Shown here: piece after piece, positions 8,611-16,829 of the stretch
Layout of the letters: the number at the start of each line of letters is the position of its first letter
How positions within the stretch are numbered: the stretch's first letter is position 1
Origin: a virus
Taxonomy: Duplodnaviria; Caudoviricetes
Strand: one strand, 5' to 3'
IMG/VR virus record: IMGVR_UViG_3300017700_000511
Coordinates: 1-40,073 of that record
DNA length: 40,073 nt
Notes under the pieces: model-generated
Told to the model about the DNA's origin: nothing
Databases searched by the model: none
The model's input: the letters and a program-made list of their open reading frames with translations, nothing else
Made by a program: the position numbers and the translations under genes

Positions 8611-9243
8611 TTAGCGCCCCCCGCCGTAGTTGCGCGTTCCCTGGCCGTCGGTACGCTGGTAGGCTAGCCGTTCTTCCGCCAATTGCCGCAACATGTCATC
8701 CATTGGCGATGGCGTGGGTTGTGACTGCGGCGCTGGCGCTGTGTTCGCAGATGGCGCACTCATGGGCTGCATCGCTCCGGCCATGGCTGAGTTCTGCTGA
8801 TAGAGCGGCTGCTGTTGCATCTGTGGCATGCCTTGCGGCTGCGATCCGTTGGCGCCGCCGGTCATTCCAAGATTCGGAGAAAAGTTGGTGCCGCCCTGGT
8901 AACCGCCTGAAAAAGGATTGCTCGCTACTTTTTGGCCCATGAGGCTTGATCCCTGTTGTCGCATCTGGTCATAGCCTTGCGTATAACGTGGGTCCATCAG
9001 TGTCTGACGCTGCATCTCCAGGCCGGCAGTCTGCATGGGATTTAACCCACCTTGCGCGAGCTGTTTTTTGCGCAGTTCGTTGACATCATTCAACAGACCG
9101 GTATCGCCATCACCGCCGTACAGAATTTTCTGCATGCGTGGGTCAAGCTCTTGCTTGCTTTGCTGTTGGCCGCCCGAAGACTGACCGCCCATCAGGCCGC
9201 CGATGACCGGCGCGGCAACACTTGCGACTATTCCCCATGACAT
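8611..9243 (-). CDS. Small ejection/pilot protein
   Basis: Hydrophobic Gly-rich N-terminus, Gln-rich body. Confidence 0.65.
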   Translation of the reverse strand: MSWGIVASVAAPVIGGLMGGQSSGGQQQSKQELDPRMQKILYGGDGDTGLLNDVNELRKKQLAQGGLNPMQTAGLEMQRQTLMDPRYTQGYDQMRQQGSSLMGQKVASNPFSGGYQGGTNFSPNLGMTGGANGSQPQGMPQMQQQPLYQQNSAMAGAMQPMSAPSANTAPAPQSQPTPSPMDDMLRQLAEERLAYQRTDGQGTRNYGGGR

Positions 9244-9701
9244 AAGCTGTCCTTTCTTTCTTGCGCTTGCAATAGTTGTTTGTTGGTCGATCCGCCAAGC
9301 AGGTCGCTGGCCGTGGATTCCGTGAATCTCTCGGCTAGCTTTTCAAGATTGGTTTCGTTTTCAGGGTTTGGGTAGAAATTGGTCCAGACTGATGTTTCCA
9401 GCGCCTCGGCGGCATTCTTCGTCCCGGGCTTGACAGTCAGGATGTGCGGCGCGCTTACCTCAACAAGCCCTGAATCGGTCACCAACAGCAGGCGGCCAGC
9501 GGACAGCACGGCGAGGTTTTCTGTTGTGTGGACAGCGCCAAACAAGGCTGTACCCTTGGGGATCGTAATTTCGCGCGCAAAAACACCAGGCGCAAAGTAA
9601 TGTCGGACTGGGCAATCAACCTGCGGCCTCTTGCTGTACGCTTCTTGCAAGTTTTCAACCCGATCACGCAGAGTTTCAGGAATCAGCCTAGGAGAATCCA
9701 T
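9228..9701 (-). CDS. Cupin-like hypothetical protein
   Basis: HYFAPGVFAREITIPKG...H motif; AGGAGG RBS. Confidence 0.65.
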   Translation of the reverse strand: MDSPRLIPETLRDRVENLQEAYSKRPQVDCPVRHYFAPGVFAREITIPKGTALFGAVHTTENLAVLSAGRLLLVTDSGLVEVSAPHILTVKPGTKNAAEALETSVWTNFYPNPENETNLEKLAERFTESTASDLLGGSTNKQLLQAQERKDSLCHGE

Positions 9702-9931
9702 GAGTCGACCCTCCTGATGTAAAGCCCATCGCCGGCCCCGGGATTCCATGGCGCCTTAGCTTCGTAAATGTCGCCATCCTGGTATTTCGCTGGGGCAACA
9801 GTTGTCGGCTGCAGCCGAATGAATATCTGTGCTCGCTCCTGCGCCTGTTTCATGGCAAGAAACTCCCGGCGTAAAAAATCCGGCAACGCGGCCGGATCGT
9901 CGGGGACTTGTCCTGGGACATAGGTGCTCAA
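9683..9931 (-). CDS. Small tail-associated hypothetical protein
   Basis: WNPGAGDGLY motif; overlaps the nozzle stop. Confidence 0.6.
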   Translation of the reverse strand: MSTYVPGQVPDDPAALPDFLRREFLAMKQAQERAQIFIRLQPTTVAPAKYQDGDIYEAKAPWNPGAGDGLYIRRVDSWILLG

Positions 9932-12015
9932 AACCGGCCGCCTTTCGTGAAGTCGATGTCATAGGATCGCAGGGCAACCGGCTGCAAACTGCTGCTGCTC
10001 AGTTTGTAGGCTAGGTAACGACCGCCCTGAGAAAAGGCATTTGCCCAGTTGTCAGTGCCCACCGTATAGGTCACTGGCGCGGTGTAAACCGGATTGCCGT
10101 CTGCGGTCATGGCCGAGCCATGCTGTATCTGAACCTGCGTCCCGGCTACTGCGGCGAACTGCGGCCGAGACGCCGAGAAGACTTTGATTGAATCCGGGTC
10201 ATCCAGCTGGATACCTTGCTTTTCCAGCATCCAACTAAGGGTTGCCCCGAAATCAGTGGTGCCGGTTTCTGCAAGCCCCATCAATGGCGCGGAGGTGCCG
10301 AGAATAAGCCGCGATTCATTGGGGCTGTATTCATTTTCCGACCATGTGGTGATGTCGCTTTCCCATGAATCCGTGTCAGCAGCCCAAGAGCCTACGGTCA
10401 AGGCGGAAGACAGCAATCCGGTGGCCGCACATGTGATGGCCGGCGCGGTGCGAATTCCCCATGTATCTGACTCCCAATTCCAAGCCGCGACGGTGTCGCA
10501 ATCGGCCTGACCATAGGACGGGAAACACACCCAGACCTCTGTTTTTTGCGGATTCAGGCATAAAAAAGATCGCTGCGCATTGGCACTATCCATGGTGTCG
10601 AACAACCACTTTCTGATGCGTCCGTCGGCAATACTGGTTGCGTCGCCGCCGTTGTGGACCTTCACATCACCATTCGACAGAAATACGTGGCCCTTTGGTG
10701 TGTTGACGACGCAGCCCCTGGACAACAATCCATCGTTTCCAGGCAGTCGCTGGAAGGCGAAAACATCATTCCCTCCGACGTACTGCATCGAGTAGCGCGA
10801 GTCCTGTTTGTAAATGATGTTCACATTGCCCAAAGGCATGCAATCCACCATCTGCCCGGGTGTTTCGGCAAGATCGACATTACCGGCATCATTGGTCGGC
10901 GTGGAGACGAATTCCACCGGAATCGCGCCGGGTTCAGCCGCCTTGCTCCATGCCACGTTATGCGGTTTTTTCACGCCGCTGACGGTTGAGCCAAGAAACA
11001 CGATGTAGTTTTTAAATGGCCGCGCCGCATCGGCGATGTTCGTGTAATTTGGCACCTTGCGCAGCTTGGTCGCAATATCGCCACCCCAGTAATACAAGCC
11101 ATTTACTGGATTGTTCATGACCAGTACGCCATTCAAGACGCCACCCGTGATCTGATCGTCACGTGCCCCCGTAAAATTCGAGGTCGTATTGGTGGAGTAA
11201 GCGCCTGTCAGCGTGGCATTCGTTGCCGGCGTCGTCAGCATCGTGTAGGTAAAGCCCGGCGATGACTTGTTCGTAACCGGGAGCGCGCCGGCCGGAACAA
11301 TGGCCCCGGTGTCGGTGTAGGTTGTCACAGCACCAACAGACGCGATAAACAACTCTGCACCTGTGGTTCGGCCATAAATCTTGTAGCCAGTAGCACCAGC
11401 AACAGCGCCCCAGTTCACGGTAACGGTGCTGGTTGCGCCGACGGTGATTTGGCTGGTTTCGGTGCTGGCTAGGGTTTCACCAACGCTATTAAATGCCGAT
11501 ACGCGATACCAATAAGTCCCGGCCGCCAAAGTGCCGCCTGCGGGCAAAGTGGAAAAAAGCGAATTGACTGGCGTTGCCAGCGACGCACTCACCGTGATGA
11601 CAAATGTTCCGTTGTAGGAATTTGGGGCTGCCAGATACACGTTCACAGTGTCGCCAGTTGTCCGGCCGTGTGGCGCCGCAACGGTTAGTGTTGCCGCCGT
11701 CCCCACGAATGTGATGGATGCGATGCCGACACCATCACCAAAGCGCGTCACCTCGGTTCGCGTCACTCCATCGTCAACAAAGGCGCGCGCGAGGCCGGAA
11801 TAGAAGGCGTAGCGAGTCGTAGCGCTGATGTAGGTCTGCAGCCAATAGGGCGCAACCAGTGGCGTGCTGTAACCCTGCTGAATGCCGCGAAACTTCTCAG
11901 CAAAGTCATTGCGGAAGCGAACATTGAGACAGTCCGACCATTGCCCCGGAAGCAGCTCGCTCGGCAACAGGTCTTTATTCACACCATTGCCAGTTTTCTT
12001 GATTGTCGTGATCAT
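9928..12015 (-). CDS. Tail nozzle / packaged-DNA stabilisation protein (P22 gp10-like) with inserted beta domains
   Basis: 695 aa, beta-rich; N-terminal GVNKD...WSDCLNVRF; position after adaptor and fibre genes. Confidence 0.75.
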   Translation of the reverse strand: MITTIKKTGNGVNKDLLPSELLPGQWSDCLNVRFRNDFAEKFRGIQQGYSTPLVAPYWLQTYISATTRYAFYSGLARAFVDDGVTRTEVTRFGDGVGIASITFVGTAATLTVAAPHGRTTGDTVNVYLAAPNSYNGTFVITVSASLATPVNSLFSTLPAGGTLAAGTYWYRVSAFNSVGETLASTETSQITVGATSTVTVNWGAVAGATGYKIYGRTTGAELFIASVGAVTTYTDTGAIVPAGALPVTNKSSPGFTYTMLTTPATNATLTGAYSTNTTSNFTGARDDQITGGVLNGVLVMNNPVNGLYYWGGDIATKLRKVPNYTNIADAARPFKNYIVFLGSTVSGVKKPHNVAWSKAAEPGAIPVEFVSTPTNDAGNVDLAETPGQMVDCMPLGNVNIIYKQDSRYSMQYVGGNDVFAFQRLPGNDGLLSRGCVVNTPKGHVFLSNGDVKVHNGGDATSIADGRIRKWLFDTMDSANAQRSFLCLNPQKTEVWVCFPSYGQADCDTVAAWNWESDTWGIRTAPAITCAATGLLSSALTVGSWAADTDSWESDITTWSENEYSPNESRLILGTSAPLMGLAETGTTDFGATLSWMLEKQGIQLDDPDSIKVFSASRPQFAAVAGTQVQIQHGSAMTADGNPVYTAPVTYTVGTDNWANAFSQGGRYLAYKLSSSSLQPVALRSYDIDFTKGGRF

Positions 12016-12039
12016 CGATCTACCTCCCGATTAATGAGA

Positions 12040-12582
12040 TCACTCCCACCAGGTGACGAGGCAATAGCCCGAGCCCGATGCGCCGCCAGTCGAGTTACCG
12101 CCGCCACCGCCGCCGCCGGTGTTGGGTTGGCCAGCGCCGCCAGTTGCACCACCTGCTGAGCCACCGCCATCGCCGCCGCCAATGCCATTGAAGCCACCCG
12201 TGTTGCTGCCGGAATTGCCAGGCATACCTTGAGCGCCACTGCCACCACCAGCTTGGCCTTGGCCTCTACTCCCGCCTACGGCAGTAATGCTGCCAAAACT
12301 ACTAGCAATACCATCGGTGTTCTGCGCAACTGAACTGCCTATGGTGACGGTCACGGCGCCACTGACGACCACGAACGCGCGCTTTTTGCTAGATCCACCT
12401 CCGCCGGCTCCGATTGAGCCTCCATTATTTGCGCCACCACCACCCGACCCACGCAGATCAAGCTCGACCACGCCACCAGCCGCCAGAAGTTTGGCGGACG
12501 GTATGAATGTGCCGGTGGTTGTAAATTCCTGGAACTTACGAGTTAGCCCGCCCTGGGATGCTGCCTGAAAAGGATCAGACAT
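12040..12582 (-). CDS. Glycine-rich tail fibre/receptor-binding module
   Basis: FTTTGTF...GGGGG repeats...GSGYCLVTW pattern. Confidence 0.65.
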   Translation of the reverse strand: MSDPFQAASQGGLTRKFQEFTTTGTFIPSAKLLAAGGVVELDLRGSGGGGANNGGSIGAGGGGSSKKRAFVVVSGAVTVTIGSSVAQNTDGIASSFGSITAVGGSRGQGQAGGGSGAQGMPGNSGSNTGGFNGIGGGDGGGSAGGATGGAGQPNTGGGGGGGNSTGGASGSGYCLVTWWE

Positions 12583-12992
12583 TACAGATCACCTCCAGAT
12601 GCCGTGACTGCAATCGCTGCCGCAATCGTGGTGCCGATAGTGGCCAGCAGTGTGTAATTTGCCGGGAGTGTTAGGCTCAGTGGGTAGTTGATATCAACTG
12701 CCGCTGCCACCTCGCTCAGCGTGTTTGCCGGAATGGTGATGGACTGATACAACGAGTTGTTGGTTGCCGTAGTAGGCGTAGCCCCGTTATTGACAAACAA
12801 GCGCAGCACTGTCGCGACGCTGGTGCCGGTGTAGGCAATCTGCACGCCATTGAGCTTGGAGCCGTTGGCGCCTGCCGTGTAGAGCGTAACAACCGTGCCA
12901 GTGCCATCCTTGGCCGTGTTGGCCGTCAGCAAAGTCTTGCCGACCGTGACGACGGGCGTTATGGGAAAAACAGGCGTTGTATTGGCTGCCAT
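12582..12992 (-). CDS. Virion beta-sandwich protein
   Basis: Thr/Ala-rich; TAATG coupling to the next gene. Confidence 0.6.
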   Translation of the reverse strand: MAANTTPVFPITPVVTVGKTLLTANTAKDGTGTVVTLYTAGANGSKLNGVQIAYTGTSVATVLRLFVNNGATPTTATNNSLYQSITIPANTLSEVAAAVDINYPLSLTLPANYTLLATIGTTIAAAIAVTASGGDL

Positions 12993-13481
12993 TTATAGGG
13001 CTCCGTAAAGTGAGTAGAGGTAGAGGATTGAGCCGACCGGCGCAGGAATAGCGGCCCAACTTGCTGTCGCGCCGTTGGTCGTCACAAACTTGCCGGCATT
13101 GCCTGCCTGGCCCGGGAGTGCCGAGCTAAAAGATAGTGCGTCGGCGTAGTCTTTGCGCACGGCCTCAGCTGGATTGGCCCCCTGGGCCGGAAGAAGCACC
13201 GTTCCAGTGAACGTCACGCCGGCCTTGTCCGCTTTGAGCAGGTCAGCGGCAGTGCGCGCAGCAATCTCGGAATTGATCTGGGCTTGAATCAGGCCGGTCA
13301 AACCAACCGAATAGCTCAGCTCAACATGCGTAGCAGTCATCGCCCCAGTGACATTCGGGAACGTGTTCCGAGTGCAGGATTTGATCAGTTGGAAGTGACC
13401 TGGGCCTTGGGCTTTGGGGTCGCCACTGGTCGGATTCGTGACTACGAAGTCACTGATGTAGGTGCCAACTTCTAATGCCAT
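12993..13481 (-). CDS. Short tail fibre proximal protein
   Basis: MALEVGTYIS...NP...D...H..LIK anchor and LPGQAGNAGKFVTTNG fibre motif. Confidence 0.7.
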   Translation of the reverse strand: MALEVGTYISDFVVTNPTSGDPKAQGPGHFQLIKSCTRNTFPNVTGAMTATHVELSYSVGLTGLIQAQINSEIAARTAADLLKADKAGVTFTGTVLLPAQGANPAEAVRKDYADALSFSSALPGQAGNAGKFVTTNGATASWAAIPAPVGSILYLYSLYGAL

Positions 13482-14101
13482 TAGCGGGCCTCTCTTGGTT
13501 TGATTTGTAGGCCGCCAGACAAAGGGAATCGCCGTTGCGCGTCTTGATTGCGAACCGACTCTATGGCCTGCGCATAGAAAGGAGCGCAACGCGCCGACTC
13601 TTCGCCGTCCTTTGTCCAGGCTGCGGCTTGCAGCAGCGTGCCGTAGAGGTAGACATCGGGCGCGTTGAGAATCAGCCAGTTCGTTGGGTTAGCGACGCTC
13701 AGCGGCGCCATGTTGGGAACGATATAAAGCGTGTAGGTGTAATTGCCAGCAGGTGGAGCGAGCAAGCGGATCGCGCCGTTTTCAATCGTGTAGCGGCTGC
13801 TCAGATTCGGGAAGCTCAGGTACTCCAGGCCATTCGGCGAGGTGTAGTCCAGCGAAAAATCACGACCATAGGCACTGATGGAAAGGCGTTCGATGGCATC
13901 CATTCCAATGGGTATCACAATCATCGCACCAGAGGTCGTTCCCGTGACCATAGATTCGGTCTGCCGAATTTGCAGATTGCGGAATATATCCATCTCGGCC
14001 ATCTGCACGAAGCGCGGCAGTTCGGCGGTGAATTGTGTGTCACCCACGCGGTGAACGCTGGATGCAACCGCCGCCTGCAAGGATGCGTAATCGGTGATCA
14101 A
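13481..14101 (-). CDS. Head-tail adaptor protein
   Basis: MITDYASLQAAV...TNWLILNAPDVYLYGTL motif. Confidence 0.8.
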   Translation of the reverse strand: MITDYASLQAAVASSVHRVGDTQFTAELPRFVQMAEMDIFRNLQIRQTESMVTGTTSGAMIVIPIGMDAIERLSISAYGRDFSLDYTSPNGLEYLSFPNLSSRYTIENGAIRLLAPPAGNYTYTLYIVPNMAPLSVANPTNWLILNAPDVYLYGTLLQAAAWTKDGEESARCAPFYAQAIESVRNQDAQRRFPLSGGLQIKPREAR

Positions 14102-14424
14102 GGCTTGTACCTGTCGAACATGATGAAGGCCGGGTTATCGGCAAAGAAGCACTTCACGGCCTTCTTGCGCTCATCCTTGTCTTTGATGACCAAGATTTGC
14201 GCGTAAAAAGCAGGCGGAATGTGCCCAATCAGTCGGCCTTCACCCCATCGCTTGCCGGCAGTTGACTGGCGTGCATGGGCGGCGTGCTGCAAATGCGGCT
14301 CGGCGTCCCAGCTCTTTTTCGTGATCAACTCGTCGCCCTCGAAAGACAACGATGTGTGTATGCCTGTGGCTTGGTCGAAGCCTTCATCCACTACGGCGTT
14401 TTCTTCAAATCCGCGCTTTCCCAT
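14098..14424 (-). CDS. Hypothetical protein downstream of capsid
   Basis: GGAG RBS; coupled to the adaptor gene. Confidence 0.7.
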   Translation of the reverse strand: MGKRGFEENAVVDEGFDQATGIHTSLSFEGDELITKKSWDAEPHLQHAAHARQSTAGKRWGEGRLIGHIPPAFYAQILVIKDKDERKKAVKCFFADNPAFIMFDRYKP

Positions 14425-14439
14425 GCTGGATGCTCCATG

Positions 14440-14469
14440 AAAAAGCCACCCGGGTTAGGGGTGGCTTTT
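14440..14469 (-). terminator. Terminator after major capsid gene (possibly bidirectional)
   Basis: AAAAGCCACCC...GGGTGGCTTTT inverted repeat. Confidence 0.8.
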
Positions 14470-14487
14470 GGTTGCGAGAAAGACGGA

Positions 14488-15459
14488 TTAGCCGCCGGAC
14501 AGGTCAGCGAGCTTGCACTGAGCCATCTCGGAGGTGACGCGCACAGTGACGTCGGTCAGCACCTGCTCGCGCATCGAGTCGCCGGACTTGCCCAATGCGG
14601 CCGACTGGAAGCCGCGCAGGTAAACCATGTCGATGTATTCAGCTTGCAGCGCGAACACATTGGTGGAACCGGCCATGATGTAGTGCGGGACGATTTCCAG
14701 CTCACCAAAGTCGCTCATGTAGACATCGGCGCCGCCAACGATGCTGGCTTGCTTCTTATCTTTCACCTGGTTGCGGTTGACCGCGATACCAGCAAAGGCG
14801 CTGAACACGCTCTTGTGGAGCGGCGACAGGTAGACCGCATTCGGAATGTCGCCGGCTGCGATGTAGGTGGCCTGCAAGCCGGCCTTGAGGATGGCCTCGG
14901 TGAATGCGCGAGGCGTGCCGGCCACTGGAGCCACCAGTGGAGCACCAGAGGTGTGTGCCGTGGTGCTGCCGCCTGCGCCGTGCTGGGCATTGCTGTAAAG
15001 CAGCACGCCCAAGCCACCGGCCTTGGAGGCGGCGGCACCGGAGCCAGCAACGGCTGGATTGGACGAAACCACGATGGCTTCCAAATCGCGCTGCAGCTCT
15101 TTGTAGGCTTTGGCCTTGTAGTAGGCCATGGCCGACTTCATGCCGGCTTTCTTGACCCGCTCGGCACGACCCGATACGCTGATGGTGTCCTGCACGATCT
15201 GGCAGTAATTGGCGACGCGGACAGGCGGTACTTTGGCGCTGGCCACGGCGTCATCACCGTCAATCGCTGCGTTGTCCTTGTTGGGCGCGCGCAGGTTGTC
15301 GCGCTGCCATTCGTGGTAGGTGTTTTCCGCCGTGCCCGTGCCGGATGCCGACACGATGGGCGTCTTCTCGGGGTTGGTCTGGGTGATCTTGTCGATCAAG
15401 TCCTCGCGGACGTTGGTTGCCGCCGTGTAGCGGGTATAGGTATTGGTAGGTGCGCCCAT
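14488..15459 (-). CDS. Major capsid protein (DUF5309/SU10-like)
   Basis: REDL.D.I...P..TP, HEWQ.D.L, NYCQI, YMSDFG motifs; AAGGAG RBS. Confidence 0.9.
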   Translation of the reverse strand: MGAPTNTYTRYTAATNVREDLIDKITQTNPEKTPIVSASGTGTAENTYHEWQRDNLRAPNKDNAAIDGDDAVASAKVPPVRVANYCQIVQDTISVSGRAERVKKAGMKSAMAYYKAKAYKELQRDLEAIVVSSNPAVAGSGAAASKAGGLGVLLYSNAQHGAGGSTTAHTSGAPLVAPVAGTPRAFTEAILKAGLQATYIAAGDIPNAVYLSPLHKSVFSAFAGIAVNRNQVKDKKQASIVGGADVYMSDFGELEIVPHYIMAGSTNVFALQAEYIDMVYLRGFQSAALGKSGDSMREQVLTDVTVRVTSEMAQCKLADLSGG

Positions 15460-15473
15460 GAGGACTCCTTAAA

Positions 15474-16436
15474 TTACATGTTTTCGAGGTAGGAAGCGAG
15501 GTCGCCCAGCTTGGCCTTGCCGGTGGCAAAGCGCTGATTGATGGACTTGGCTCGCTGTTCGTTTTTTGGCACGCTCTGGCGCGGGGCCGGTAGTTTTGGT
15601 GCCTCCTGCACTTTTTTCGTCACTGCCGCGCGCTTTTCTTTCAGCTCGGCATAGGCCGCCGCATCGCGCATGATTCGGACCACGGCCGGGTCATCGACAT
15701 TGGCGAAGCGCTCGGCGGCGACGCCGTAGGTCTTACCAATCGTGTCGAATATCTTGGCCAGTTTTGGCTTGTCGATGCCTTCCTTGCCCAATTCAACCCA
15801 GGCGCGCTGATACTGCTCGGCCTTGTCTTGCGCCTGCTGCTGCGTCACCTGCTGGCGCTCGTGCTGCATGCCCTGCTCAAGCTGCTGCATCACGCCATGG
15901 ATGGCTGCTGTGCGCTGCTGCTCTTGCACCCAGGCGGCCGGGTCCACTTGCGCGAGCTGAGCCATCTCTTGCGGGCTGCGCAGGCCGGCGAGTTGCCGAA
16001 CTGCCGCTTGCGCGAGTTGCGCCTGCTCAACGTAGTAGCTCTGGCCCTGCTGCAGCTCTTGCGCCACCCGCTGCGTAACTGTGCGCTCGCGGTCTGCGAG
16101 TTCCATGGTCTTGCGGGTGTAGTCGCTGTGCCGCTGGTAGCCGGCAATGAGTTCCTTCTGATCGACTTCAACCATCGATTCAGTGCCGTCCTCGCCTTTG
16201 ACGGGTACTTTGAATTTGAGGCCGCTGGTCTGCTTTTCGGCGTCTTCGGATTCGGATTCTTCATCTTCCTCGTCAGCAGGTGCGTCGTCTGGGTTTTCGT
16301 CTTCGGAGTTGTCCTCGTCTGAGGGTTCCTCGGCGTTTGGCTTGTCTTCGTCGGTGTCGGCCCGTGGGTTATCGACCAGAAAACTTGCCAGGTCATCAAG
16401 GTTTTCGGGGCCGGATTCGGCTTGTCCGTTTTCCAT
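15474..16436 (-). CDS. Scaffolding protein
   Basis: Acidic N-terminus, ELIAGYQRHSDYTRKT motif, coiled coil; precedes capsid gene. Confidence 0.85.
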   Translation of the reverse strand: MENGQAESGPENLDDLASFLVDNPRADTDEDKPNAEEPSDEDNSEDENPDDAPADEEDEESESEDAEKQTSGLKFKVPVKGEDGTESMVEVDQKELIAGYQRHSDYTRKTMELADRERTVTQRVAQELQQGQSYYVEQAQLAQAAVRQLAGLRSPQEMAQLAQVDPAAWVQEQQRTAAIHGVMQQLEQGMQHERQQVTQQQAQDKAEQYQRAWVELGKEGIDKPKLAKIFDTIGKTYGVAAERFANVDDPAVVRIMRDAAAYAELKEKRAAVTKKVQEAPKLPAPRQSVPKNEQRAKSINQRFATGKAKLGDLASYLENM

Positions 16437-16455
16437 GGTGTGTGCTTTCAAACAA

Positions 16456-16524
16456 AATCCCCCCTCCAGTCACCAGAAGGGATTGCGGCGCTTCTCAGCG
16501 GACGCTAAATGGCGGGTGATCGCC
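16456..16524 (-). promoter_or_regulatory. Three-hairpin structured leader of scaffold gene with complementary loops
   Basis: Loop ATCACC (hairpin 16511-16524) complementary to loop GGTGA (hairpin 16456-16484). Confidence 0.5.
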
Positions 16525-16532
16525 GGAATGGA

Positions 16533-16829
16533 TTACAGGACGCGCCTGATCAGTCCGCGTGTGCGGCTCTCGTTGCGCTCAGAATCTAGGTCTATCCTGT
16601 GCTGAGCCAGCTTGCCACCCTCGACGTAACCACGCAGGATGGCGTCGAATTTATCGGTCAGCTTGGCGAGTTGCAGCAGCAGCAAAGCACCTTCCTTGTC
16701 GCGGATGGGGCAATCCTTCCACTGCTGCACCACCTGGACGCGCATGGAATCCATGGCGGTCGTGTAGGCCTCGTTGTCCAGCACCATGGCCGCGTTATGC
16801 GCCATCTGGATGGATTCACCGTCGGTCAT
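16533..16829 (-). CDS. Hypothetical protein between portal and scaffold
   Basis: ATGA overlap with portal; GAGGT RBS. Confidence 0.75.
   Translation of the reverse strand: MTDGESIQMAHNAAMVLDNEAYTTAMDSMRVQVVQQWKDCPIRDKEGALLLLQLAKLTDKFDAILRGYVEGGKLAQHRIDLDSERNESRTRGLIRRVL

Noticed and set aside
7248-8942. 564-aa plus-strand ORF and other long antisense ORFs (e.g. 14275-15492, 18290-19204)
   Set aside because: Shadows of GC-rich minus-strand structural genes; no RBS or recognisable motifs.
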